Assembly (NCBI GenBank): GCA_964393615.1
Contig: CAYMUR010000003.1
Location: forward strand, 1 to 64,000
DNA length: 64,000 nucleotides
Source: an uncultured Pirellulaceae bacterium
Lineage (GTDB): Bacteria; Planctomycetota; Planctomycetia; Pirellulales; Pirellulaceae
Direction of reading: 5' to 3'
Made by a program: the position numbers and the translations under genes. The notes beneath the pieces are model-generated. The model was not told the origin of the DNA. It saw only the letters and a program-made list of their open reading frames with translations, and did no database searches. Numbering within the stretch: the stretch's first letter is position 1; each line of letters starts with the position of its first letter. Positions 9,762 through 19,361 of this stretch are shown here, piece by piece.

Positions 9762-10886
9762 CTATGCTGCCATTTCTTCGTCGTCATCATCGTGATCGGG
9801 GCCTTCGTCGCTGATACCTTGTCTGGCTCGGGCAATTCGTTTGGCCAGTTCGTCGGCTGAATTAGCTTTGGAAAGTGCGTCTTCGACCGAAATTTGGTCC
9901 TCTCGCCAGAGATTAAAGATGGCGTCATCTAACAATTGCATCCCTAACTTGGCTCCTGTCTGAATGGATGAATTAATACGAAAAGTTTTGTTTTCACGAA
10001 TCAGGTTAGCGATGCCGGGAGTGACGACCAGCAGTTCGTGGGCGGCAATACGGCCTCCACTAGTGCGAGGAAGCAGGCATTGCGACAACACAGCGATAAT
10101 CGAGGTAGAAAGCTGGGTGCGGATTTGATCCTGTTGATTCGTAGGAAACACGTCAATGATCCGGTTAACGGTTCCTTGGGCTCCGGTGGTGTGCAATGTT
10201 CCAAAAACAACGTGCCCCGTCTCGGCCGCCTGGATAGCGGCTTCGATTGTCTCCAGGTCTCGCAATTCACCGACAAGAATCACGTCCGGGTCTTGGCGCA
10301 GTGCACGTCGGATTGCTTCGGCAAAATCTGGCACGTCGACACCAACTTCCCGCTGATTGACAGTCGATTTTTTATGGGTGTGGTAAAACTCGATCGGGTC
10401 CTCGATCGTGATGACATGGTGATCGACATTGTCATTGATGTAGGTAATCATGCTGGCCAGTGTGGTGCTTTTGCCGGATCCAGTTGGCCCCGTCACCAGG
10501 AACAGACCTCGAGGACGCATGCAGAGTCCTGCCACAGCCTCGGGCAGCCCCAATTGCTCGAAGGTCATGAATTCATTGGGAATCTGTCGCAGTACCATTC
10601 CAATGTTGCCTTTTTGCTTGAAAATCGACACACGGAACCGAGCTGCGTCACCAAAAGCAAATCCGAAATCGCTGCCTCCCTGCTCCTGCAATTCCCGTTG
10701 ACAACGTTCTGGAGCGATCGCTTTCATCAAGTCCATGGTGTCTTGCGATTCTAATGTCTTGGTCTCTAGACGGCGCATTCGACCATGGAGACGCAGTACG
10801 GGCGGCTGTCCGACGGCAAGGTGAATATCACTGGCGCCCTGTTTAACACACGCTTGCAACAGTTTGTCGATCAGGATCGAGGGCAT
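9762..10886 (-). CDS. pilT: Twitching-motility retraction ATPase PilT (374 aa, acidic C-terminal tail DHDDDDEE).
   Basis: N-terminus MPSILIDKLLQACVKQGASDIHLAVGQPPVLRLHG. Walker A GPTGSGKSTT. No GspE_N domain and no zinc finger, which distinguishes it from PilB/GspE. Confidence 0.9.
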   Translation of the reverse strand: MPSILIDKLLQACVKQGASDIHLAVGQPPVLRLHGRMRRLETKTLESQDTMDLMKAIAPERCQRELQEQGGSDFGFAFGDAARFRVSIFKQKGNIGMVLRQIPNEFMTFEQLGLPEAVAGLCMRPRGLFLVTGPTGSGKSTTLASMITYINDNVDHHVITIEDPIEFYHTHKKSTVNQREVGVDVPDFAEAIRRALRQDPDVILVGELRDLETIEAAIQAAETGHVVFGTLHTTGAQGTVNRIIDVFPTNQQDQIRTQLSTSIIAVLSQCLLPRTSGGRIAAHELLVVTPGIANLIRENKTFRINSSIQTGAKLGMQLLDDAIFNLWREDQISVEDALSKANSADELAKRIARARQGISDEGPDHDDDDEEMAA

Positions 10887-11493
10887 AGAACACGGGTCCT
10901 GGTAATACGGGAAATGGATAACGAGATTTCGGCCCGTTGCAAATCTGCAAGCAGATCGTGCAAAATCCAGCTGAAATCACGACGTTCGTTGGGGGCGGGA
11001 GTCCTCTTCGTCTGTCCGGTTCAGGCTGTTGCCTCGCAGCCTATTATCAACTCGTACCACACCCAGCGAATGGATTGAGTACTTTTGTTCATGAAAAGGA
11101 CGAACGTCCCCGGGTTTACAATGGTCTATAAAGTCCTCAGCCAACTGGCTGAGAGGAAGTTGGTTAGAGAAACCATTTTTTATTGTGACCGCCTGCGGAT
11201 GGTTATTTCGACAACCTGCCAGCTTTTTGCCAACGGTGGCCGTTGTTGATCCGACGACTGGACAACGTTTACCCGTGCAGAAAGATTATTTGCAGCGAGT
11301 GGAAATAACTCAAGGAAACGGTGAATTGAGCCCTGCAAAAAGCCAAGCGGCCCTTTGTCGCAGGGGGCACCGTCAAAACGGCCACAAACGGCCACAAGTT
11401 AATTCCTTCCCAGCCGCAAGTCCCGCTCTGCCTTCACACCATTATAGGCGGTATGAAGCGTCGGGCGAAGCTTCTTCTGTTGGGCGATTTCTC

Positions 11494-13266
11494 TCAATTT
11501 ACATCGGTTGAAAGCTTACGATTGCCTAATTGTTGGAGTGCACGGAAGTCACCTTCGGAAGGCTTGGCGTGGCGATAAACTTCTTCCAGGGTGGTGATCC
11601 CTTGCAATGCTTTTTCTATTCCATCTACGTAAAGTGATGACATGCCTTCGTTTACAGCAACTCCGCGGATTTGGGTCGAAGAACTTCCATCAAAAATTAA
11701 TTGCCGGACGGCACTCGTGACCGTCATTAATTCGAAAATACCAAGTCGGCCCTGGTAGCCCCGTTTCTGGCAGCGACCACAGCCCCGTCCTCGCATGAAT
11801 TCAGCACCCTCCAGCATTGATTCGGGAACCCCGGCGGCTTCCAATTCGCCGTCTGACGGCCGAAATGGTTCTTTACAATGAGTGCAATTGACCCGTACCA
11901 GACGTTGAGCCATGATCCCAATCACGCTGCTGGCAACGAGATAGCCAGGTACTCCCATGTCGATCATGCGCGTTACGGCGCTGGGCGCATCGTTCGTGTG
12001 CAAGGTACTAAAAACCAAGTGTCCAGTTAATGACGCTTGGATTCCCATCGATGCTGTCTCTAAATCCCGCATTTCTCCAACCAGAATGATGTTTGGTGCT
12101 TGTCGCAACATGGAGCGAATGATGCGAGAAAAATCCAGGCCAATGTTGTGTCGGACTTCCACTTGGTTAATGCCAGGTAGATAGTATTCGACCGGATCTT
12201 CGGCGGTAATGATTTTGCGGTCGGGGCGATTTAGCTCGTTGAGTGCGGCGTACAGGGTAGTAGTTTTCCCAGATCCGGTGGGGCCGGTGACGAGGATGAT
12301 CCCATTGGGTCGACGAAGCAGGCTCCAGATCTTTTCGTAGTTGTGTTGGCTGAGGCCCAGGTTGCGGACGCCGATGCGGATGTTGTCCTTGTCCAGTAGA
12401 CGCATCACGACCGATTGACCGTGATTGGTGGGGATGACGCTGACACGTAAATCGAGCTCTTTTCCGGCAGCTTCGACTTTGATCCGGCCATCCTGTGGTC
12501 GACGACGCTCGGCGATGTCCATTTTGGCCAGGATTTTCACTCGGGAAATCAGTGGTCCCAGCATCCGCCGCGGTGGACTGTCTCGTTCGATGAGCCGACC
12601 ATCGATGCGATAGCGGATACGCACTCGTCCTTCGAAGGGCTCAATATGGATATCAGAAGCTCGGAGCTGAACGGCTTCGGTAATCATCAAGTGCACAAGT
12701 CGGACGATGGGAGCGCTGTTCTCGTCAACAATTTCGTCGTCGGAAGTCGAGTCACTTTCCGTTTCCGTAAAGTCGATGGCCGTGTCGGTGAACTCTTGCA
12801 GCATCGAGTCGGCACTTTCTTCGGCAATCTGGCCATAGTACCGATTGATGGCTTCATGAATATTTTCCCTTGGGGCAAGGGCAATTTCGATCTTTTTGTT
12901 AAGGATGAAGCGAAGTTTGTCCATCGTTTCCAGGTTAAATGGATCGCAGACGATCACATGCAGAATGCCTTCTTCTTCTTTGTAGGGCAGGACCGTGTTT
13001 TCTCGGGCTACCGATTCTGGGACGAGTTCAACAGTCGCTGGCGGAACCACTGTCTCTTCGAGATTGATAAATTCGAGGTGATGTTGCTCTGCCACAGCTC
13101 GCATTACCTCTTCTCCGGTGGCATACCCCAGACGTGTCAGAGTATCCATCAACGGATTATCGTCGCGAGAGGCAACCGCTTGCGCGTCGGCCAACTGTTC
13201 GGCGCTGATGATACCACGCCGGATGAGGATGTCAGGAAAATCATCAACTTTGGCCATAATAAGCAC
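11494..13266 (-). CDS. pilB: Second GspE/PilB-family ATPase (590 aa) with GspE_N domain, acidic linker and C-terminal zinc finger.
   Basis: GPTGSGKTTT. CTHCKEP...CGRCQKRGYQGR. N-terminal IRRGIISAEQLADAQA domain. Confidence 0.85.
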   Translation of the reverse strand: MLIMAKVDDFPDILIRRGIISAEQLADAQAVASRDDNPLMDTLTRLGYATGEEVMRAVAEQHHLEFINLEETVVPPATVELVPESVARENTVLPYKEEEGILHVIVCDPFNLETMDKLRFILNKKIEIALAPRENIHEAINRYYGQIAEESADSMLQEFTDTAIDFTETESDSTSDDEIVDENSAPIVRLVHLMITEAVQLRASDIHIEPFEGRVRIRYRIDGRLIERDSPPRRMLGPLISRVKILAKMDIAERRRPQDGRIKVEAAGKELDLRVSVIPTNHGQSVVMRLLDKDNIRIGVRNLGLSQHNYEKIWSLLRRPNGIILVTGPTGSGKTTTLYAALNELNRPDRKIITAEDPVEYYLPGINQVEVRHNIGLDFSRIIRSMLRQAPNIILVGEMRDLETASMGIQASLTGHLVFSTLHTNDAPSAVTRMIDMGVPGYLVASSVIGIMAQRLVRVNCTHCKEPFRPSDGELEAAGVPESMLEGAEFMRGRGCGRCQKRGYQGRLGIFELMTVTSAVRQLIFDGSSSTQIRGVAVNEGMSSLYVDGIEKALQGITTLEEVYRHAKPSEGDFRALQQLGNRKLSTDVN

Positions 13267-13774
13267 ATTCTCTATTTCATGCGGTTGACATCATCATCTT
13301 GATTTAGCTGATCGGTAACGTCAACTGGTGAAGGAGTAGAACAGTCGCCAGAAGAAAAATAGCTATTTTTTAGGGGGATTTTGCCTTTTGCAACGGTTTG
13401 CCAGGGTGGGGGATGGCACGGTTTTACCGTCTAAATCGGTTTCCCTATCAATCCTTGCAAATGGTCCTCGACACCGCTTGTTGGGAAAAGTCGATAGGGA
13501 CCTCTAACGATATCGGACAATTAACTCGTTGGCTGACCTGAAACTGTTGGGGCCCGGCGAGAGTGTTGACGGTTATCGAACCACAGTCCAGGTCCGCCGT
13601 GGTGTTATTTCTGGTCAGGCGTGCTTGCTCGATGCTGCCGATGCCAAGATAATCATGGCACTTGGTGTCGCTTTGGCGAGGCACGCGACCGTGTTGTTTC
13701 AAATAGGCCAGGGCATCATAATCGGCCATCCGGTCAAGGTCAGAGAATCGAGTAAAAAAATAAGGAAATCTACC

Positions 13775-14641
13775 ATGCAGCGACGCGCGTTTCTTCAAAT
13801 CAGTGGAGGGGCTATCGCAGGTGCTAATTGGCCTATTGTAGCCAGTTTACGAGCTGCCGAAGCGAGTGCTACATCATTTGGAGCATTCAAAATAGGTGTC
13901 CAAAGCTATTGTTTTCATCGCTTTAAACTGCCTGTCGCACTGAAACAGATTGAAGCCCTGGGACTGAAGTATGTGGAACTGTTTCCGGGCCACGCTCCTC
14001 TGGGGAGCAGTGACAAACAAGCAGCTTTCCTACTTCGCCTATGTTTGGAACATGGTGTGACGCCGTTGGCACTGGGCGTTGTTAAATTTACCAAGGACCA
14101 CGGAAAGAACCGACAGGCATTTGACCATGCCCAGAGGATGGGAATCAAAGTGCTCAGTGCCGATCCTGAAACGAATAGCTTTGACAGTTTAGATCGTCTT
14201 GTCGAAGAATATGGTATCCCGATTGCCATACATCCTCATGGGCCGCAAGGAGAAGGAAAGTTACACCTCTGGCATCGAGCTGAAATTATTATGGAGGCAG
14301 TCAAGGACCATCATCCGTTGATTGGCACTTGTCTTGACACCGGACATTTGATTCGTTGTGGCCTGGAACCACACAATTTGTATCTTGATCCGGTCCAACA
14401 AATCCGATTTATGGGTCCGCGCAATTTTGGGATTCACCTCAAAGATAACGATAACAAGGTGAATCGAAATGTGGTGATAGGGCGTGGTGCGCTTGATGTG
14501 CCAGGAGTTTTACAGGCTTTACGTCAAATTGAATTTGATGGCTGTATCAGCATTGAGCATGAAGCCAATCCGGAGGACCCCGTTCCCGACATTGCGGCTT
14601 GTATCGAAGTGATCCAACGAGCCGTGCGAGACATTCGCTGA
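13775..14641 (+). CDS. Sugar phosphate isomerase/epimerase (xylose isomerase-like TIM barrel) with Tat signal peptide (MQRRAFLQISGGAIAGA).
   Basis: The track ORF starts at 13529, but the RBS-preceded ATG at 13775 gives a twin-arginine signal. TIM-barrel motifs (ELFPGH, HPHG, CLDTGH, IEHE). Confidence 0.7.
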   Translation: MQRRAFLQISGGAIAGANWPIVASLRAAEASATSFGAFKIGVQSYCFHRFKLPVALKQIEALGLKYVELFPGHAPLGSSDKQAAFLLRLCLEHGVTPLALGVVKFTKDHGKNRQAFDHAQRMGIKVLSADPETNSFDSLDRLVEEYGIPIAIHPHGPQGEGKLHLWHRAEIIMEAVKDHHPLIGTCLDTGHLIRCGLEPHNLYLDPVQQIRFMGPRNFGIHLKDNDNKVNRNVVIGRGALDVPGVLQALRQIEFDGCISIEHEANPEDPVPDIAACIEVIQRAVRDIR

Positions 14642-14967
14642 AAACAGTTTGTTGAAGTGGGGTCGATGACTGCACGCAAACAATAAAGCGTTGAAATGTC
14701 AAAAGGTGACCTGGGGATGCCACTGGGACGGAGTTTCACAATGCCGGACGTGGGCGAGGCACCTTTTCTAACTGGCTTTAGCAGACTATGTTAGGCAATC
14801 TGAAAGTGGATCGTTCGAATAGCAGCACGGCAGGTTGTAGATTTGCATTTTAGCAATTCGCCAAGCAGATTCTACCAGCAAAGTCGCGCGAGTGAGTTTT
14901 GAGCTGGCTTGGCTTTTCGACTTATAATGATTAGGTTCTGTAGTAGCTTTGTAGTGGAGAGATATCC

Positions 14968-15783
14968 ATGTCCCATTTTTTGTATTGCTTAAATGGCAGC
15001 ACGATTCGCACTACTCCCGTGCTGACCCAGATCGAGGTGGCGGCCAAGGCTGGGTACGAGGGCATCGAACTTTGGCATGACAAGATCGACGAGCATATCG
15101 CTCAGGGTGGGACGCTTGAGGAGGTCCGTCACGCACTCGACGACCATGGTTTGGCCGTTCCCACTACCATTTATGTGAGGGATTGGTTTGATACCCAGGG
15201 AGATGAACATGCCCAGGCTTTGGAAGAATGCAAACGGTGTATGACCCACGCGGTGGTTCTGGGTGCGCCACACATTATTGCGGCACCACCGAGTGGTCGG
15301 GCGGACTATGATTTGGGAGCCCGCAATTACCGCGAGTTGTTAGAGATAGGTATGGCGCTGGGAGTAAAACCAGCGATGGAGTTTTTGGGATTCGTGGATC
15401 AATTTACGACCATCGAAGACGCCTTGGAAATCATGGAAAAGTCGGGACATCCGGCTGCGTCAACGATCCTGGATCCATTTCATGTTTTTCGTGGAGGAGG
15501 AACGATCGAATCGATTGCCAAGTTGAAGTCATCACAAATTGCTATCAGCCATTTCAATGATGCGCCTGTCGAACCTTCCCGAGAGCAACAACATGATTCC
15601 GATCGGGTGATGCCGGGGGAGGGTCATCTTGATTTGCGCCGCTATCTTGATTTGCTCATCCAAGTACAATACGACCGGTATTTGTCATTGGAACTGTTTC
15701 GCGAAGATTTGTGGGTACAGGATCCATACGATGTAGCCCGAATCGGCTTAGAGAAAATGCGCGAAGTAGTGGAATCAAGGTAA
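14968..15783 (+). CDS. Sugar phosphate isomerase/epimerase (xylose isomerase-like TIM barrel), cytoplasmic.
   Basis: N-terminus LNGSTIR...IEVAAKAGYEGIELW. LDPFH and SLELF motifs typical of this fold. Confidence 0.7.
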   Translation: MSHFLYCLNGSTIRTTPVLTQIEVAAKAGYEGIELWHDKIDEHIAQGGTLEEVRHALDDHGLAVPTTIYVRDWFDTQGDEHAQALEECKRCMTHAVVLGAPHIIAAPPSGRADYDLGARNYRELLEIGMALGVKPAMEFLGFVDQFTTIEDALEIMEKSGHPAASTILDPFHVFRGGGTIESIAKLKSSQIAISHFNDAPVEPSREQQHDSDRVMPGEGHLDLRRYLDLLIQVQYDRYLSLELFREDLWVQDPYDVARIGLEKMREVVESR

Positions 15784-15947
15784 CCGTCTGCTGGCAGTGG
15801 ATACTAATACTACCAGGGAATGGTTCTCTCTACGTTCAGGTATGCCTGCAAAACTGATTTACCGCGTTGAATCCGCTCCGTTTGTTGTTTTCCTTGAAAT
15901 GTGCGGCTTGCTGGGAGGAGGATTCGCGTCTTGTCCAGGATTAGCTT

Positions 15948-17897
15948 ATGATGAAACTTAGGGCGACTTTTGTTGGCTTTGTCCGCCAAGGAAACCTGCC
16001 GGTGTTTCACAGCCTTTCGAGACTCACGCAATTTCAACTGCCCCCAGTCTGGCGGGCGTCGAGCTATGTCATAGGTTTCTGCTGGATTGCCCTGTCTGGT
16101 AGCCCTGGTCAGGCTTTCGTCACGTTTCAGTTCACGTATGAAGAAGTGGCTCAAGAAACGGGTACGGGTTTTGATGATCCCGATCAAGGGGAGATTTATC
16201 GGGAGATACTGGAAGATGTGGCCAACAACGTCATCGGATCATTGTTGGATCACACGGCGAATGTAAAGATCCGAGTCGATTTGGCGGAGGATCTGCCGAA
16301 TGACACGTTGGCCCAGGCGGGACAGAATTATTTTCTAGCCCCCGCGACGTTTCAAGATGGAAATGTTGCCACACATATTCAAACGGGAAGTACGGTACCA
16401 GGTGATGCCATGGGAACAATGACCTGGGACTTCACGCATTCCTGGCACTTCGGAGAAGAGGCACCGCCAAAGACAAAATATGATTTTCGTTCGGTAGCTT
16501 TGCATGAAATAACGCATTTGTTGGGACTGTCCAGCTTGATCAATGAAAATGGCCGGGGTTTAAAAGGGACTTTTTACGATACTTTTACGCGCTTTGATTC
16601 ATTTGTGGAAAATGAGAATGGATTGACGCTCATTGAACAAGGACGTTTCAATCAATCTCCTGCAGCATCTCTGCAGGATCTGACGACGGCGACCTATTTT
16701 AACGCTGAGCACTCTCGAGCTGCCAACAATGGAAAGCGAGTCCGGTTGTATACGCCAGATGATTTCGAAAAAAGTTCGATAGGCCATTTGTCAGACAGCA
16801 ACGATCCCTTGGCGCATCGATTGAAGATTGGGACGACGAAACGGCATTGGTCGCTGGTGGACCGGGGGATCTTGCAGGACATCGGGTACCACATTCCCGA
16901 TGCGACCGTTACGGACCGGGAAGAAGTTATTTCCAGCACGTTGCTGAATGTAGAGGGTAGCCTTTATGTGGGTGGTGGACAAACGGCAGCAGGACTTGCT
17001 GGTAGTTTAAAGGTCAACTCTACCGCTACCGTACAGGTGGGTGAATATGTACAAATGTGGCCCACAGGTACTTTGCACGTGGATGGTACCTTGTCCGCTG
17101 AGGGGTATCTTGTGAACAACGGGCATGTCGAAGGCCAGGGTTATGTCGCCACGCACTTTTACAACGAATCAGGCACCTTGTCACCAGGTTCTTCCCTAGG
17201 GCGCCTAACGGTGAACCGATTGACACAGAATTCTACAGGGACCCTGGAAATCGAGATTAGTGGGCCTGCGGCAGGTAGCCAACACGACGTGTTGCAAGTC
17301 CACGAGACGGCAAATTTAGCAGGTCTGTTGAACGTGAAGACGCTGAATGGATATACGGATCCAACAATGCGCGGCACTTTTGACACATTTACAGTCTTGG
17401 AGGCTGGTAACGTCACGGGAAGCTTCGCCTATATCCTTTACAATGAGGAGCCCTTTTCGATCGATGTTGTCCACGAGGATGGTACAAAGAGTATGGTTCT
17501 CGGGAACGGATATTTTCGTAACCTGGTCCAGACAAGCCAGGGCGTAACCATTCAGAATGTCGCGGCAGTACCGGGGGATGCCGACGGCGACTTGGCTGTC
17601 GGATTGGTCGATTTTAATCGTCTGGCGCTTTCCTTTGCACCGTTTGGAACGGGATCCGTCTTGACCTGGGAGCAAGGTAATTTTGACGGCGATCATGACA
17701 TCGACGTCGCCGATTTTAACGCCCTGGCCATTCGATATCATCGAGATGTGTATCATGTAGGGACTGGTTCAGTGTTGAATGTTCCTGAACCGTCGCCGAT
17801 GGTTTTATTGTGGTCCAGTAGTCTGTTGATCCTGTTTTCTAGTTCAAGATGTTGTCGCGAGGAAAAACATGCGGATTCGTTTGGATTACGGTCGTGA
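15948..17897 (+). CDS. Secreted zinc-metalloprotease-like protein (HEITHLLGL) with C-terminal PEP-CTERM-like sorting signal (VPEPSPMVLLWSSSLLILFSSSRCCREEK).
   Basis: HExxH motif. C-terminal PEP + hydrophobic helix + basic cluster. 3' end overlaps the next gene by 29 nt. Confidence 0.6.
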   Translation: MMKLRATFVGFVRQGNLPVFHSLSRLTQFQLPPVWRASSYVIGFCWIALSGSPGQAFVTFQFTYEEVAQETGTGFDDPDQGEIYREILEDVANNVIGSLLDHTANVKIRVDLAEDLPNDTLAQAGQNYFLAPATFQDGNVATHIQTGSTVPGDAMGTMTWDFTHSWHFGEEAPPKTKYDFRSVALHEITHLLGLSSLINENGRGLKGTFYDTFTRFDSFVENENGLTLIEQGRFNQSPAASLQDLTTATYFNAEHSRAANNGKRVRLYTPDDFEKSSIGHLSDSNDPLAHRLKIGTTKRHWSLVDRGILQDIGYHIPDATVTDREEVISSTLLNVEGSLYVGGGQTAAGLAGSLKVNSTATVQVGEYVQMWPTGTLHVDGTLSAEGYLVNNGHVEGQGYVATHFYNESGTLSPGSSLGRLTVNRLTQNSTGTLEIEISGPAAGSQHDVLQVHETANLAGLLNVKTLNGYTDPTMRGTFDTFTVLEAGNVTGSFAYILYNEEPFSIDVVHEDGTKSMVLGNGYFRNLVQTSQGVTIQNVAAVPGDADGDLAVGLVDFNRLALSFAPFGTGSVLTWEQGNFDGDHDIDVADFNALAIRYHRDVYHVGTGSVLNVPEPSPMVLLWSSSLLILFSSSRCCREEKHADSFGLRS

Positions 17898-19146
17898 AGG
17901 GTTAGAAGTTGATTTGCCAGATGACAATGTCGTCCATACGTTGTCCTATCAGGAAGCAGAACCCCTTCGTGATCCGGTGGCTACGATCGACCATGTGTTG
18001 AGGTATCCGACTGGTACGAAACCATTCGCTGAGATGGCACGAGGTAAGCGTGACGTATGTATTCTGATTTGTGACATTACCCGACCGGTTCCTAATGAAC
18101 TCATCTTGGGGTCCTTGCTGCGGCAATTAGAGGCCGCTGGAATCGCCCGTGATCAGATCCTGATTTTGATCGCTACAGGGGCACACCGTGGCAACACGTC
18201 GGTTGAAGTGATCGAGATGGTCGGGTCGCACATTGCGGAGAACTATCGCGTCGAAAACCATGACTGCCACAATCTGGAAGCACATCGTTATCTCGGACAA
18301 AGTCCACGGGGTGTGCCGATGTGGATTGACACACGCTACCTGGATGCCGACTTTAAGATTACCACGGGCTTGATCGAACCGCATTTCATGGCAGGTTTTT
18401 CAGGTGGCCGCAAGGTGATTTGTCCTGGAATTGCAGCCTTGGAAACGATCAAGGTCTGGCATGGTCCTGATATTTTGGAGGATGCCCGCGCGGATACCGG
18501 AATTCTGGATGGCAATCCGGTGCACGAAGAAAATACTTGGATAGCGCAACAGGCGGGTTGTGATTTTATTGTCAACGCAGTGATTGATTCAAATCACCAG
18601 CCTTTGCAGTTCGTTGCTGGTGATATGGTGGGGGCATTTCACGAAGGGGTCGAATTTGTCCGCAAGCTTGTCGTCGACACATTACCCGAACCCGTGGATA
18701 TTGTCGTTACGAGTGGTGCTGGTTTTCCACTTGATATGACGTTTTATCAGTCAGTCAAAGGGATGTGCAGCGCATTGCCGATTATCAAGCCAGGCGGAAC
18801 CGTGATTGTGGCGGCCAGCATGTCAGAGGGGGTTGGCAGTGAGCCATTTCGGCAATTATTTCAAGAGCATGCGAGTCCGGAAAGCTTTATAGAACGTCTT
18901 TTACGTGGAAACTATTTCGTGATGGATCAATGGCAGTTGGAAAAGATGGCTGCAATTTGTCGTAAAGCGAAAGTCAAAGTGGTTACGGACGGCCTGCCGC
19001 CCGAATTAATCAACCAACTGTTTGTGGAAAGTGCACCGAGTGTCGAAGCTGCAGTCGCCGCAGCGTTGGAGGACTATGGGCCTTCTGCCACGATTGCGGT
19101 GAATCCCCGGGGTCCGTATGTGGTGGGACAAATTGCGCCCCGATAA
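17869..19146 (+). CDS. LarA-like protein (nickel-pincer lactate racemase family, DUF2088 N-terminal domain).
   Basis: LDYGREGLEVDLPDDNVV...ICDITRPVP...ATGAHRGNT pattern resembles LarA N-terminal and GTH(R) motifs. Confidence 0.65.
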   Translation: MRIRLDYGREGLEVDLPDDNVVHTLSYQEAEPLRDPVATIDHVLRYPTGTKPFAEMARGKRDVCILICDITRPVPNELILGSLLRQLEAAGIARDQILILIATGAHRGNTSVEVIEMVGSHIAENYRVENHDCHNLEAHRYLGQSPRGVPMWIDTRYLDADFKITTGLIEPHFMAGFSGGRKVICPGIAALETIKVWHGPDILEDARADTGILDGNPVHEENTWIAQQAGCDFIVNAVIDSNHQPLQFVAGDMVGAFHEGVEFVRKLVVDTLPEPVDIVVTSGAGFPLDMTFYQSVKGMCSALPIIKPGGTVIVAASMSEGVGSEPFRQLFQEHASPESFIERLLRGNYFVMDQWQLEKMAAICRKAKVKVVTDGLPPELINQLFVESAPSVEAAVAAALEDYGPSATIAVNPRGPYVVGQIAPR

Positions 19147-19361
19147 GATATGTTTTTTGTTAGGAGACGACCGGAAAGGGCCCCGATTGAATACAATGCC
19201 CTACAGGCTGAGCCGGTTTCTGGGATTTTACTTCGAATCAGTACCAAGAGAGCCGTTTTTACAGCTTACTTGGTAGCCAGCATTGAATGATTGATAGAGT
19301 CCTGTTTTGGTTTCCCCACACAAGCGACGTTGCCGTGGAGTCATAGGAGAATACTGATTGG

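Noticed and set aside
10038-10754. 238-aa plus-strand ORF, and similar antisense ORFs at 8573..8980, 12646..13302, 16694..17756 and 21965..22429
   Set aside because: They lie entirely inside strongly supported opposite-strand genes (pilT, gspE, pilB, metalloprotease). They have no motif content. Typical antisense ORFs of GC-balanced DNA.
13529-13774. N-terminal 82-codon extension of the TIM-barrel gene (track start 13529); likewise 23583 and 26654 TTG starts
   Set aside because: Internal ATGs preceded by RBS-like purine tracts give clean Tat or signal peptides, so the upstream extensions are probably untranslated.
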